64,000 bases of DNA from Candidatus Bathyarchaeia archaeon (lineage in GTDB: Archaea; Thermoproteota; Bathyarchaeia; Bathyarchaeales; Bathycorpusculaceae). This document shows, piece after piece, positions 28,790-38,250 of the stretch; within the stretch, counting starts at the first letter, position 1, and every line of letters starts with the position of its first letter. The DNA lies in NCBI GenBank assembly GCA_049516875.1, contig JBEKSS010000005.1, forward strand, positions 65,983 to 129,982, in the 5' to 3' direction. The position numbers and the translations under genes are program-made. The notes below the pieces were generated by a model that saw only the letters and a program-made list of their open reading frames with translations, was not told the origin of the DNA and searched no databases.

Positions 28790-29023
28790 ATGAAAGAGAA
28801 TGATATTAGCAAGGAAGCAGCTGAGCAAATAGCGGTTGAACTCCTCAAGAGAAGAAAGTGCAACCAGAGAATTGACGTCTCCACAGTTGAACAGAAAAAT
28901 GAGACCTGGATTGTTCGAGGAACATGCCCTATTGACATGGAGGGACACCCATGGGCCGAAAAATTCGAAGTCACTGTGGACACGAGAGGAAGAATCAAAT
29001 CTGCTGATTTCGCGTTACTGTGA
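28790..29023 (+). CDS. Small hypothetical protein (PepSY-like pattern)
   Basis: ISKEAAEQIAVE..WIVRG..FEVTVDTRGRI; SD upstream. Confidence 0.6.
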   Translation: MKENDISKEAAEQIAVELLKRRKCNQRIDVSTVEQKNETWIVRGTCPIDMEGHPWAEKFEVTVDTRGRIKSADFALL

Positions 29024-29120
29024 AAACTCGGGCCTCAGACTTCACTCTTTCTTCGCTCCGCAGAGAATTGAATAGTTATATCTGAAAACTGCGTTTCTAA
29101 TCTTAGGAATGTGACCATAG

Positions 29121-29587
29121 TTGTTTGAGAAAACACTGGTTACGTTAGATGGTTCTGAACATTCGGTTCAAGCTTTGCGAACTGCGATTCAAATCGCAAG
29201 GAAATTCAATGGAAAACTGACGTTAGTCCACGTGTACGCCATAACCGTCGCGCCTATTGTGGTACCAGAGCCGACCACTCTCACTCCTTCAGGAGTCCCT
29301 GTGGTCACGCCGGCTGAAGTTTCAAGGATGATTGAAGCTGCCCGTGAGAGGGGCCAGCGAATCTTGGACGACGGTGAAAAGGAGGTGAAGTCTGAGGATG
29401 TTCAAGTCGAATCCACGCTCAAAGAGGGAGGCACTGTTCAAGAAATCACAAGACTCGCAAAAGAGGGCAACTTCGATCTGATAGCCATAGGCGCCAAAGG
29501 TGTAGGCAGGCTAAGAGAGTTCCTGTTAGGAAGCGTGAGCGAGGGTGTCATGAAACATGCACCTGCCCAGTTTTGGTAGTCAAGTGA
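29121..29587 (+). CDS. Universal stress protein (UspA), 1-nt frameshift near the 3' end
   Basis: DGSEHS, DLIAIGAKG..LLGSVSEGV. The canonical tail CPVLVVK* lies in another frame and ends at 29587. Confidence 0.85.
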
Positions 29588-29779
29588 TCCGACAGTTTTT
29601 TCAGAGGGGCATCTGGAGTCTTGCAAGTTTTCAGGCGTGCAGGTTCCAGCAGGTTCAAACAAACTGTGCCCACGCGAACTGTGAGGTTCAGCTCGGCCTA
29701 GGCTTCCAGTTTCAGAAAGAGTACAGAAAGATATTTCTGCTTAGTCAACTAAACAGTGAAATTCTGAGCGTGTATCCTG

Positions 29780-30805
29780 ATGCAGAGGAAGGACATTCTG
29801 CGAGAGCCAGTAAAACACGTGAAGATTAACGGGACACTCACAGTCGACCAGCTTGTCAGGCAGTTCAAAAATTCAGGCTCCTTTGGGGCTGGAAGACTCG
29901 CGGCGGCGTGTGACATCTACGAGCGAATGCTGCGCGACCAGAAATGCACTGTTTTCTTAGCCCTGGCCGGAGCCGTCGTCCCTGCTGGGATGCGAACCTT
30001 GGTTGCAGACATGATTCGTGAAAACCTCATCGATGTAGTCGTGACCACGGGAGCAAACATGGTTCATGATACGATAGAAGCGCTGGGCGGCCACCATTAC
30101 AAAGGCCATTGGAACGTTGACGATTACATGCTCTACAAGAATCACACTTACCGTATCTACGACGTTTTCGTACCAGAAGAGGACTTCATAAAGCTGGATC
30201 TCAAGCTCGTGGAAATGTATGACGAAATAGCGGCTGAATACAGCGGAAGAAGCTTGTCTTCAAGAGACTTCGCGTGGGAACTGGGCAAGAGGCTCAACGA
30301 CTCGAACTCGATTCTGCGGGCAGCGTATGAAGCAAAAGCACCAATTTTCATTCCCGCGGTGCGCGATTCAGAATTCGGCTACATCTACTATCTTCACGCC
30401 ACTCGGAAACACTTCAAAAACACGTTGGTGGTGGACGCCTTCAAAGACGTGCCTGAAATAATCGGCGTCTGCAAGAAATCCTCAAGAAACGGTATGATAG
30501 TCATCGGGGGCGGAGTGCCAAGAAACACAATACAGTCCGCCGCCCTTGCAACGAAGTCAGGCATTGATTATGCCGTGGTTATAACTATGGACAGGCCGGA
30601 AACCGGCGGGCTGTCAGGGTCAACCCTGGAAGAAACAGTGAGTTGGGGAAAAGTGAAAGGCCAAGCAGATAAGACCATGATAATCGGTGACGCGATGATA
30701 GTTTTTCCAATGATGGTGGCTTCGGTTATTGAACGACTCGGTAAAGGTTTCAGGCGGACCCCAAGGTTAAAGAGTGAGGCGCTGGGGACGGGAGGATCAG
30801 GATGA
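29780..30805 (+). CDS. dys: Deoxyhypusine synthase
   Basis: TTGANMVHD, RIYD, GGGVP, GGLSGSTLEETVSWGKV (catalytic Lys present). Confidence 0.9.
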   Translation: MQRKDILREPVKHVKINGTLTVDQLVRQFKNSGSFGAGRLAAACDIYERMLRDQKCTVFLALAGAVVPAGMRTLVADMIRENLIDVVVTTGANMVHDTIEALGGHHYKGHWNVDDYMLYKNHTYRIYDVFVPEEDFIKLDLKLVEMYDEIAAEYSGRSLSSRDFAWELGKRLNDSNSILRAAYEAKAPIFIPAVRDSEFGYIYYLHATRKHFKNTLVVDAFKDVPEIIGVCKKSSRNGMIVIGGGVPRNTIQSAALATKSGIDYAVVITMDRPETGGLSGSTLEETVSWGKVKGQADKTMIIGDAMIVFPMMVASVIERLGKGFRRTPRLKSEALGTGGSG

Positions 30806-31008
30806 GGAAGAAGGCTGCGGCCAAGCAGAAGTTCTGCGGTAACTGCACCAGCCACAACGCTTACAATTACCCGAACCAAGTGTTTTGTACAAGACGATTT
30901 TTGAAAAACAAGAATCCAATAGTACAGACGCTGTGGTGCTGCGAAGAATATTACCCAAGCGCTCAAGAGTGCAACTGCATCAGCGACGCAAGCGGAAGGA
31001 AGAAATAG
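30802..31008 (+). CDS. Small Cys-rich protein
   Basis: CGNC..H, FC, WCC, CNC; ATGA overlap with dys. Confidence 0.65.
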   Translation: MRKKAAAKQKFCGNCTSHNAYNYPNQVFCTRRFLKNKNPIVQTLWCCEEYYPSAQECNCISDASGRKK

Positions 31009-31084
31009 CAAATCCACTTTTCCTGTCAGGATTCGACGCTAAGGTTATTATCAAGAACCTTCAGTCTCTTACTCGTCGCATCGA

Positions 31085-31160
31085 AGCCCGGTGGTGCAGT
31101 GGTCAAACATGGCGGCCTCTGGAGCCGCTGACGAGAGTTCGAATCTCTCCCGGGCTACCA
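31085..31160 (+). tRNA. tRNA-Gln(CTG)
   Basis: AGCCCGG...GCGGC-CTCTGGA-GCCGC...CCGGGCT-A-CCA; archaeal A1:U72; encoded CCA. Confidence 0.95.
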
Positions 31161-31305
31161 TTCTCCAGACACCAGTTCATGATTTCTGAGTGCGCTGCGC
31201 CTTAACGATGGAGCTAATGACTAAGCAAAGCAAAGAGTCTCAATCCTGAGTCTCCACCCAAAGAAACATATAAGCAAAGGAAAGAAAAGTATTTCCTGAA
31301 CGAAG

Positions 31306-32448
31306 ATGTTGCCGACAGAAGAAAATCGCGATATTGGCATTTTCCAACCCATAATAGGCCCATGGTATGAGTCTTTGAGAAATCCTCAAAAGGCGCAGAA
31401 AAAAGTCCTGTCCGAGCTATTAAAGGAATACCAGAAGACCCGCTACGGAAAAAACCACAGAGCCTCTGAAATTGAAGAAATTGAAGACTTCAGGTCGAAT
31501 TTCCCCGTCGTAGATTACCGAGGACTTCAACCCCAACTTGAGAAAGTTATGAAAGGCAATTACGACGCATTTCTTCCTGAGCCCCTAGCGTGCTGGGTCA
31601 TGACGAGAGGCTCAACGGGCCCAGCGAAAGTGCTGCCTGCAACGAAGACGCACCTCGCCCAGATCTTCACCTGCGGAGCGAGAGCGCTTATAAACCACGT
31701 GTTGAGAACCAAAGACTTCGAGCTGCTCGAAGGAAGAATCCTCAACCTCAACTTCCCTTCCAGTGTCCACACCGTGGTTGTAGATGGGCAGACGATGAGC
31801 TATGGATACAGTTCAGGCACTTATGCCCGGCTTAACCCGGCGTTCGGAACCGTTAGCCTCCTACCGAGACAGGAGGATATTGACTCTCTTGGTTCAGGAA
31901 TTACAAAACAAGACTGGGAGAAAAGGTTCGAACTTGCGTATCAGCAAGCCTTGGACGCGAACGTGACCGCTGTAATGGGAGTAACACCTGTGATCCTGTC
32001 CTTCGCGAGATACGTTGACAGAAAACACGGAAAAAAGCCGAAGGGCCTCTGGAATTTGCGTGCCCTATTCTGCACAAGCGTGCGGAAAATTCAGTTCAAG
32101 TACGCGCCGGTTCTCAAGAAATACTTCGGCCAAGTTCCTGTTGTTGAGATTTACAGCGCAACTGAAGGCGTTCTTGCGCAGCAGCTCGACAACTTGCCCT
32201 ATGTAACCCCGAACTATGATACTTACTTCTTCGAGGTTGAAACTGGCAAGGGTGCGAAAATGCTGCATGAGCTTGATCGTGGCGAATGGGGCCGTCTGAT
32301 CGTGTCCTCGTGCATTCTTCCAAGGTACCGAATCGGCGACATGATAGAGTCGGCTGGAAAGAGCTACTTTCGCGTCTTCGGCAGAGACACAACATCAACA
32401 CTTCTGGAGCATCAGCTCTATCGGCTGTGCTTCGGATGGTTGATCTAG
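31306..32448 (+). CDS. GH3 (acyl acid-amido synthetase) family adenylating enzyme, short form
   Basis: TRGSTGPAK, YSATEG, RYRIGD, FGR motifs. Confidence 0.8.
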   Translation: MLPTEENRDIGIFQPIIGPWYESLRNPQKAQKKVLSELLKEYQKTRYGKNHRASEIEEIEDFRSNFPVVDYRGLQPQLEKVMKGNYDAFLPEPLACWVMTRGSTGPAKVLPATKTHLAQIFTCGARALINHVLRTKDFELLEGRILNLNFPSSVHTVVVDGQTMSYGYSSGTYARLNPAFGTVSLLPRQEDIDSLGSGITKQDWEKRFELAYQQALDANVTAVMGVTPVILSFARYVDRKHGKKPKGLWNLRALFCTSVRKIQFKYAPVLKKYFGQVPVVEIYSATEGVLAQQLDNLPYVTPNYDTYFFEVETGKGAKMLHELDRGEWGRLIVSSCILPRYRIGDMIESAGKSYFRVFGRDTTSTLLEHQLYRLCFGWLI

Positions 32449-32840
32449 GTTCGTGGATGTCTTCTGGCAGCCATTATCACACCGTAAATACCGCCGACAA
32501 TAACCAGCAGTCCCATCAAGACAAAGAACAAAGCCCAAAGCGTTCCTACCCTATAGCCGGTGGTGACTCTGAGATACAATGCCATGCCAATGAACAGCAG
32601 AATCACACCGCCAATCAAGGGACCCATAAAGCCGTACTCGCGCTTCTCGTGTTTCTCACTCTTCTCGCGCTTCTCGTGCTTTTCGGATTTCTCCTCTGTT
32701 TTTTCGTCTCGTCGGTACTGTGTCGGCCTTGTCTCAGGAGTGACAGTAGTGACTTTTTCGACTCTGAGTGGAGCTCCGCATTTTGGGCAGAAGCTCATGT
32801 CTTCGTCGATTTTGCTGCCGCACTTTGGACAGTATGACAT
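32445..32840 (-). CDS. Zinc-ribbon membrane protein
   Basis: YCPKCG..FCPKCG, EK-rich linker, 2 TM helices. Confidence 0.8.
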   Translation of the reverse strand: MSYCPKCGSKIDEDMSFCPKCGAPLRVEKVTTVTPETRPTQYRRDEKTEEKSEKHEKREKSEKHEKREYGFMGPLIGGVILLFIGMALYLRVTTGYRVGTLWALFFVLMGLLVIVGGIYGVIMAARRHPRT

Positions 32841-32964
32841 ACAGTTCACCTTAGTGCATTCTTAATGGTATTCGAACATTTAGTATTTAAAACATGCCAC
32901 AGGGAAGGCTGAAAAATGTTATATAGTTTCGTAGAACACAGTATTCTGACCAGAGGCAAGCAAG

Positions 32965-33489
32965 TTGAATGAAGGCTTAAGAGGGTATTCACGCCGGCAT
33001 CACGAAGGCTTGCTCAGCGCTATTTCGGTTGGATTCTTTCTTATACTCATAGGCATGCTGTTCATAACCACACCCAACCTCTTCGACAAGGTAGTCACGT
33101 TTTTTAGCCACTTCCAGACGGTTCAAGTTGGAAACACGGGCATATACGTCCCTGCTCCCGAACATCTTGGAGACCATATAGACGTGTACCTGGCTGCCCG
33201 AGAGTTCAGCTTGGTCTGGGGAGTATTCTTAATCGCCATGCTGGGAGCAAGATTCATATCTGATTCACCTTTGCGCAGAAAGGCTGAAAACGTAGGAGAC
33301 GTCGTGTTTTGGCTGGGTGCCGTTTACTTGATTCAGACATTTCTTGTCCAGACGACCCAGACATTTCCCCAAACCATCGACGTTACGAAATGGTTTGAGT
33401 TTTGGGCTACGATAATAATGCTCATCGGTGTGTCGTTGATTGGGAGAGCGATTTTTCTGGCTGCTGCAAAAGCAGCGAGAAATATCTGA
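32965..33489 (+). CDS. Hypothetical membrane protein (4 TM)
   Basis: Four hydrophobic segments, coding-like composition. Confidence 0.7.
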   Translation: MNEGLRGYSRRHHEGLLSAISVGFFLILIGMLFITTPNLFDKVVTFFSHFQTVQVGNTGIYVPAPEHLGDHIDVYLAAREFSLVWGVFLIAMLGARFISDSPLRRKAENVGDVVFWLGAVYLIQTFLVQTTQTFPQTIDVTKWFEFWATIIMLIGVSLIGRAIFLAAAKAARNI

Positions 33490-33523
33490 AAAGTTGACTC
33501 TAGATGATTGACAAGGGGCTGCG

Positions 33524-33940
33524 GTGACGGCTGTGCCCATCGAATATTCCGACGCTCCAGACGTTAAGGAACTGGCTGACGAAATTGCAGATAGTCTGGA
33601 CCTTTTCCATATCGTTCCGCAATTCGTTTTTTGCGTCAGGAGCAGGGGATCCTCATCGAGGTGCACCATTGCTCGAATCCATGGTTTTGGGAGGATATGG
33701 CAGGAGACGCTCAACCTTCCAGCCTCCTATGTAATCGAAGTTATATCTGAACGGTATGACAGGTTGAGTGAAGAGGAGAAGGAAAAGACCATCATTCATG
33801 AGCTCTTGCACATTCCTAAAGGCTTTACTGGAGGATTCCGTCCTCACAAGGGATACATTGACCATGAAATCGTGGAAAGTCTGCACAGAACATTTAAAAA
33901 ACAAAGGGTATCCAGAAAGCAAGTCTTCAAGGAACACTGA
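33524..33940 (+). CDS. Putative zinc metallopeptidase
   Basis: RSRGS..ARI, YVIEV, IIHELLHIP..GFRPH. Confidence 0.75.
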   Translation: MTAVPIEYSDAPDVKELADEIADSLDLFHIVPQFVFCVRSRGSSSRCTIARIHGFGRIWQETLNLPASYVIEVISERYDRLSEEEKEKTIIHELLHIPKGFTGGFRPHKGYIDHEIVESLHRTFKKQRVSRKQVFKEH

Positions 33941-34009
33941 GAATGTGGTCAATTGCACCGCGCGGAGATGTCTGAAAGCCCCTAGCGGGTGAAGAGGCAA
34001 GAAAGTCAA

Positions 34010-35638
34010 ATGAAATACTGTATGAAAAGTCTTGAACACAACGGAATTTACGTCCCTCCGTACGAGCACCAGAGCCTGTCGGTCAAGGTGCACGGGCAGC
34101 CTTTGGAGCTAAGCCCCAAAACTGAACAAATGGCCATCGCTTGGACCAGAAGGAAACTCTCTATCACCTCTCCTCCTGACAAGCTTTTCTACAGGAACTT
34201 CGTCCAAGATTTTCTCGAGGCACTGAACGCCCAATACCCTTCTCAAGAGTTCCTGAAGAGCTTCACTGTCAACCATGTGAATAGCATAGAGAAAGACAGT
34301 GTCGAATGGATGGATAACGGAAAACTGAAAGACGATCCGGAAGTCGATTTCGCGGAGGTAGTGGAATATGTGCTGAGGGAGCAGCAGAAGAAGCTGAGCA
34401 TGACGAAGGAGGAGAAGAAAAAGATTGCCGCTGAGAGAAAAGCGCGAAGAGAAGCTTTAAGGGAGAAGTATGGCTACGCAATCGTCGATGGCAGAAAGCT
34501 GGAGATTGCAAACTGGACAGCTGAACCTTCATGCATTTTTGCGGGCAGAGGAGATCACCCGAGAAGAGGAAAGTGGAAGCAGGGTCCCAGAGAGGAAGAC
34601 ATCATTCTGAACCTTTCCGACCCAAGCTTTAGACCGGCTGGAAATTGGAAGGCTGTCGTTTGGGAACCGGAGAAAATGTACATTGCTAAGTGGGAGGACA
34701 AGCTTTCCGGGAAGATAAAGTATGTCTGGTTTTCAGACTCTGCCTTTCTGAAGCAGAAGATGGAGAAGGAGAAGTTCAAGAAAGCCGAGAAGCTTGACAA
34801 AGAGATTCCGAAAGTTGAACAGCATATAACGAAAAGCTTGGACTCCGAGGATTTGGAGACAAGAAAAATTGCAACGGTGTGCTGGCTCATTCTCGGAGTA
34901 AACATTAGAGTGGGCGACGAAAAAGACCCAGGGGAGGCAGACACTGTGGGCGCAATAACTCTGAGGCCCGAGCACGTCAAGATTGACGGGAACACCCTGA
35001 ATTTTGACTTTCTCGGAAAAGACTGCGTGAGATGGGAAAAACGGGTTGAAGCCCCTCCAGTCGTCATCAGAAACATTCAGGAGTTCTCGAAGCAGAAAAG
35101 CGAGTACCTGTTCGAGGGAATAAACTCTAGGAAAGTGTCAAGGTTTCTTTCTCAGAGGATGGAAGGCTTGACGGCGAAGGTGTTCAGAACTTGGAGATGC
35201 ACGCAAACGGTTCGGAGAAGCCTCGAAAGCTGCAAAGCGAAGAAAGAAGATCCTGACTACGCCAAGCAGTTCTGCGCTAAGATGGCGAACCTAGAAGCGG
35301 CTAAGATTGCCAATCACAAACGAAAGATTCCGCCAAACTTCGATGAAAGAGTGGGCAAGAAAGAGGCAAAGGTTAAGGAGCTTGAGCTGAAGCTGAAGGA
35401 AAAGGAGAAGGAAGGAAAGAAAACTGAGGCTGTAGCCAGAAGCTTGGAGAAGACCAAGCTTGACGTGAAGCTGACGAAGGAAACACGCGAGTACAATCTG
35501 GGGACTTCTCTGAAATCCTACATCGACCCGATGGTTTACGTAACCTGGGCCGACCGCATCAACTTTCCGTTAGACAAGCTGTACCCAAAGACCTTGAGGA
35601 AAAAATTCAGCTGGGCACTGGGCGTGGAATGCAAATAA
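34010..35638 (+). CDS. Eukaryote-like DNA topoisomerase IB
   Basis: LEHNG, EPSCIFAGRGDHP, IRVGDEKD, FDFLGKD, KVFRT, ANHKR, LGTSLKSYIDP (catalytic Tyr). Confidence 0.95.
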   Translation: MKYCMKSLEHNGIYVPPYEHQSLSVKVHGQPLELSPKTEQMAIAWTRRKLSITSPPDKLFYRNFVQDFLEALNAQYPSQEFLKSFTVNHVNSIEKDSVEWMDNGKLKDDPEVDFAEVVEYVLREQQKKLSMTKEEKKKIAAERKARREALREKYGYAIVDGRKLEIANWTAEPSCIFAGRGDHPRRGKWKQGPREEDIILNLSDPSFRPAGNWKAVVWEPEKMYIAKWEDKLSGKIKYVWFSDSAFLKQKMEKEKFKKAEKLDKEIPKVEQHITKSLDSEDLETRKIATVCWLILGVNIRVGDEKDPGEADTVGAITLRPEHVKIDGNTLNFDFLGKDCVRWEKRVEAPPVVIRNIQEFSKQKSEYLFEGINSRKVSRFLSQRMEGLTAKVFRTWRCTQTVRRSLESCKAKKEDPDYAKQFCAKMANLEAAKIANHKRKIPPNFDERVGKKEAKVKELELKLKEKEKEGKKTEAVARSLEKTKLDVKLTKETREYNLGTSLKSYIDPMVYVTWADRINFPLDKLYPKTLRKKFSWALGVECK

Positions 35639-35755
35639 TCCTAAGAGCCTAGTCAGGGTGAAGAAGAAAAGCGTCTGGGTTTAGCGATGCTGAATCAATA
35701 TTTCTGATGAACAATGCTGAAAAGGAATCTTCGCCATGTTGTTCGCTTGGTGCAT

Positions 35756-36295
35756 ATGTCCGAGGCCAGCGAATCTACGTATCCAAAGATAGTCCAGACA
35801 TACAGACAACGCTACGATAAAATGGCTGAGCCTGAGTACATAGAGAAGTTTAAGCGATATACTGGGACTGTCTTGGGTGATACTATCGAGGCTCTGGATT
35901 GGAGGTCGCTCCTAGGCTGGGAACATCGGCATTTTGTGTACACAAGAGGGGAACTGCCAAAACCAAGAGCCGAAATGCCCATAGACGTAATTCAACAAGC
36001 CAAGGGTAGATGCGGAGAGTTCGCTCTACTCTATAACGGCTTACTGTTAGCAAACGACTATGAGTGCCGAATAGTGATCGACTGTTCCACTCTTCGGGAC
36101 AAGTCAAAGGCCGTTGCTGGAGATCACGTTTGGAACGAGGTACTCGTCGATGGCGGCTGGATGCACGTGGACCCCACTGAAAGGAGGATTAACCAGCCGT
36201 GGATGTACGTCCAAGAATGGAACAAAGACGTGAACTTGGTCTACGCGATCGCCAAGAAGGAAATTCTAGAAGTTACCAACGCCTACAGAATCTGA
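35756..36295 (+). CDS. Transglutaminase-fold protein resembling peptide:N-glycanase (Png1/NGLY1 core)
   Basis: KGRCGEF, DHVWNEV, WMHVDP triad, plus INQPWMY..WNK..YAI..EVT..Y. Confidence 0.75.
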   Translation: MSEASESTYPKIVQTYRQRYDKMAEPEYIEKFKRYTGTVLGDTIEALDWRSLLGWEHRHFVYTRGELPKPRAEMPIDVIQQAKGRCGEFALLYNGLLLANDYECRIVIDCSTLRDKSKAVAGDHVWNEVLVDGGWMHVDPTERRINQPWMYVQEWNKDVNLVYAIAKKEILEVTNAYRI

Positions 36296-36372
36296 ACCCA
36301 GCACCCTTTGCACGTCAAATCGACATCGAAGCTGTGCGTAACACACCAGCATGCTTGACAGGAGCGTGCTTC

Positions 36373-36450
36373 TGGTGGACGGGCCGGGATTTGAACCCGG
36401 GACCTCCACGATGCCAACGTGGCGATCATGCCAGACTGATCTACCCGCCC
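36373..36450 (-). tRNA. tRNA-Ala(GGC)
   Basis: GGGCGGG...CCACG-TTGGCAT-CGTGG...CCCGTCC-A-CCA; G3:U70 identity pair. Confidence 0.95.
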
Positions 36451-36722
36451 AAAGTTTCTCCTGGAGGATAGCCGTGGGTAAGAGGACCTGAGCTTTGTTT
36501 TATGTTTTGTGTTTCATGATAGTCGACAATGAATCGATCGAGTGTATTTGCGACCCTGATTTGATGCCTGCTTTTGACCGCTCGTCGTGCGCAGATTACA
36601 AGGGAAAGCCCGTTTTTGTCAATCAACGAGGAAATTGGATTTGTGCGGGGGAAACTCGGGTTCTCTCCGCTAAGAGTTTTAAGTCTCAAGCCTCACTCTC
36701 GCATCGGAAGAGGTCGAGATCG

Positions 36723-37523
36723 GTGGGCGAAATAGTGTTTGTTGGACTTGGCCTTCATGACGAACTAGGAATGAGTCTGCGAGGTTTGGACGAAGTTAAG
36801 AATGCGGACACTGTTTTCTTGGAGCTTTACACTAGTTTGTTGCCGGGTTTTTCATTGGAAAGGTTTGAAAAGCTTTCTGGCAGGATGGTCAACCCTGTGT
36901 CAAGGAGAGAGCTTGAGGAGGACAATGGACAAGTCATCTTGAAGATTGCGGAAAATCATAAGACTGTTCTGCTTGTTCCCGGTGACCCGTTAATCGCTAC
37001 AACGCATGTTACGTTGAGGATTGAAGCTGAGAAAAAAGGAATAAAAACCCGCGTAGTCCATGGGGCCAGCGTGCTATCCGCGGTCATCGGCTTGTCTGGG
37101 TTGCACAATTACAAGTTCGGAAAAAGCGTGACGATACCTTTCCCTGATGAGACTCCTTCGGAAACTCCCTACTCGGTCATCGCGCAGAACAAGAAACTGG
37201 AGCTCCACACGCTCTGCCTGCTTGACATTCAGACAGAGCAGAGGCGCTACCTCAGCATTCACGATGCCCTAATGGAGCTGCTCAGAGTTGAGGCGAAACG
37301 GAAAAAGATGATAATCACCGAAGGCACTCTTGTCGTCGGCATCGCAAGGGCGGGCAGCAGCGACCCAACAGTGAAAGCGGGTTTCGCAAGGGAATTATTG
37401 AACATTGATTTTGGGGAGCCACCCGGCAGCCTGATCTTTCCGGGAAAGCTTCACTTCATGGAGGCTGAAGCCTTGAGGGTCCTAGCGGGAGCGCCAGAAG
37501 GGTTGAGGACGGTTTCGAAATGA
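36723..37523 (+). CDS. dph5: Diphthine synthase
   Basis: FVGLGL, LELYTS, GDPLIATTH, YKFGKSVTIPF, HTLCLLDI; GTG start at 36723. Confidence 0.93.
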   Translation: MGEIVFVGLGLHDELGMSLRGLDEVKNADTVFLELYTSLLPGFSLERFEKLSGRMVNPVSRRELEEDNGQVILKIAENHKTVLLVPGDPLIATTHVTLRIEAEKKGIKTRVVHGASVLSAVIGLSGLHNYKFGKSVTIPFPDETPSETPYSVIAQNKKLELHTLCLLDIQTEQRRYLSIHDALMELLRVEAKRKKMIITEGTLVVGIARAGSSDPTVKAGFARELLNIDFGEPPGSLIFPGKLHFMEAEALRVLAGAPEGLRTVSK

Positions 37524-37813
37524 GTCTGAATGAGCTTGCTTCAAAGTACATCAGCTCCGCGGAACATGTGTTTGACCATATCGAGGTTGCCGAAACTCCT
37601 ATAACGCTTGACCGCACACGTGTCTGCAACGTTATGGATTTCGCCAAAGCCTATCTGAAGGATGCGGAATATTACAGGGAAAAGAAGAAATTTGAGGTAA
37701 GTCTTACTTCTATCGCTTACTGCGAGGGATTACTTGACGCTCTGAGACTGTTGGGAGCCGTGAGGTTCGAGTGGCCGACGAGAAAAGAGGGAGCAAAGCG
37801 AAGCGAACAGTAG
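37520..37813 (+). CDS. DUF357 protein
   Basis: AKAYLKDAEYY..SLTSIAYCEGLLDALR; commonly adjacent to dph5. Confidence 0.85.
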   Translation: MSLNELASKYISSAEHVFDHIEVAETPITLDRTRVCNVMDFAKAYLKDAEYYREKKKFEVSLTSIAYCEGLLDALRLLGAVRFEWPTRKEGAKRSEQ

Positions 37814-38244
37814 TTCTTGCTTCAGGCGTGTTCGATCTACTTCATCTAGGACACGTGCGCTTCCTGGAAGAAGCAAAGAAGGCTGGTGGTCCAAACGCTG
37901 AGCTAGTGGTGATAATCGCCAGGGACACCACGGTTAAGAGCCGGAAAAGGGAAAAACCTATTATGCCCGAGAACCAACGATGTGCCCTTGTTGCCTCTTT
38001 GAAGGTTGTTGACGAAGCGATTCTGGGCTATGAGAAGTTCGACGTGGCAAAAGTTGTAGAAAAAATCAGCCCTGACGTAGTTGCCTTTGGGTACGACCAG
38101 CAGAGAATGGAGAAAACTGTTAGAGATTACGTGAAGCAGCACGGGTTGAAGATTAAAGTTGTGCGAGTTGGAAAGTTCAGCTCAGACGAGTTGGACAGTT
38201 CTTCGAAGATCAAACAGAGAATCATTGAAGACTACAGAAGATGA
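37771..38244 (+). CDS. ribL: Archaeal FAD synthetase (cytidylyltransferase family)
   Basis: GVFDLLHLGH, VIIARD, PDVVAFGYDQ, SSSKIK. Confidence 0.85.
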   Translation: MADEKRGSKAKRTVVLASGVFDLLHLGHVRFLEEAKKAGGPNAELVVIIARDTTVKSRKREKPIMPENQRCALVASLKVVDEAILGYEKFDVAKVVEKISPDVVAFGYDQQRMEKTVRDYVKQHGLKIKVVRVGKFSSDELDSSSKIKQRIIEDYRR

Positions 38245-38250
38245 GAATTC

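Noticed and set aside
31205-31225. Fluoride riboswitch-like words GATGGAG...GCTAATGACT
   Set aside because: Too short, lacks the P1 stem and pseudoknot, no fluoride-related gene downstream
32640-32700. EKSEKHEKR tandem duplication in the zinc-ribbon protein
   Set aside because: Low-complexity charged linker with only two copies
36495-36722. N-terminal extension of dph5 in the ORF track (similar cases at 5435, 13654, 16190, 20533, 26688, 60081)
   Set aside because: Spans promoter/intergenic sequence; family homology begins at downstream starts
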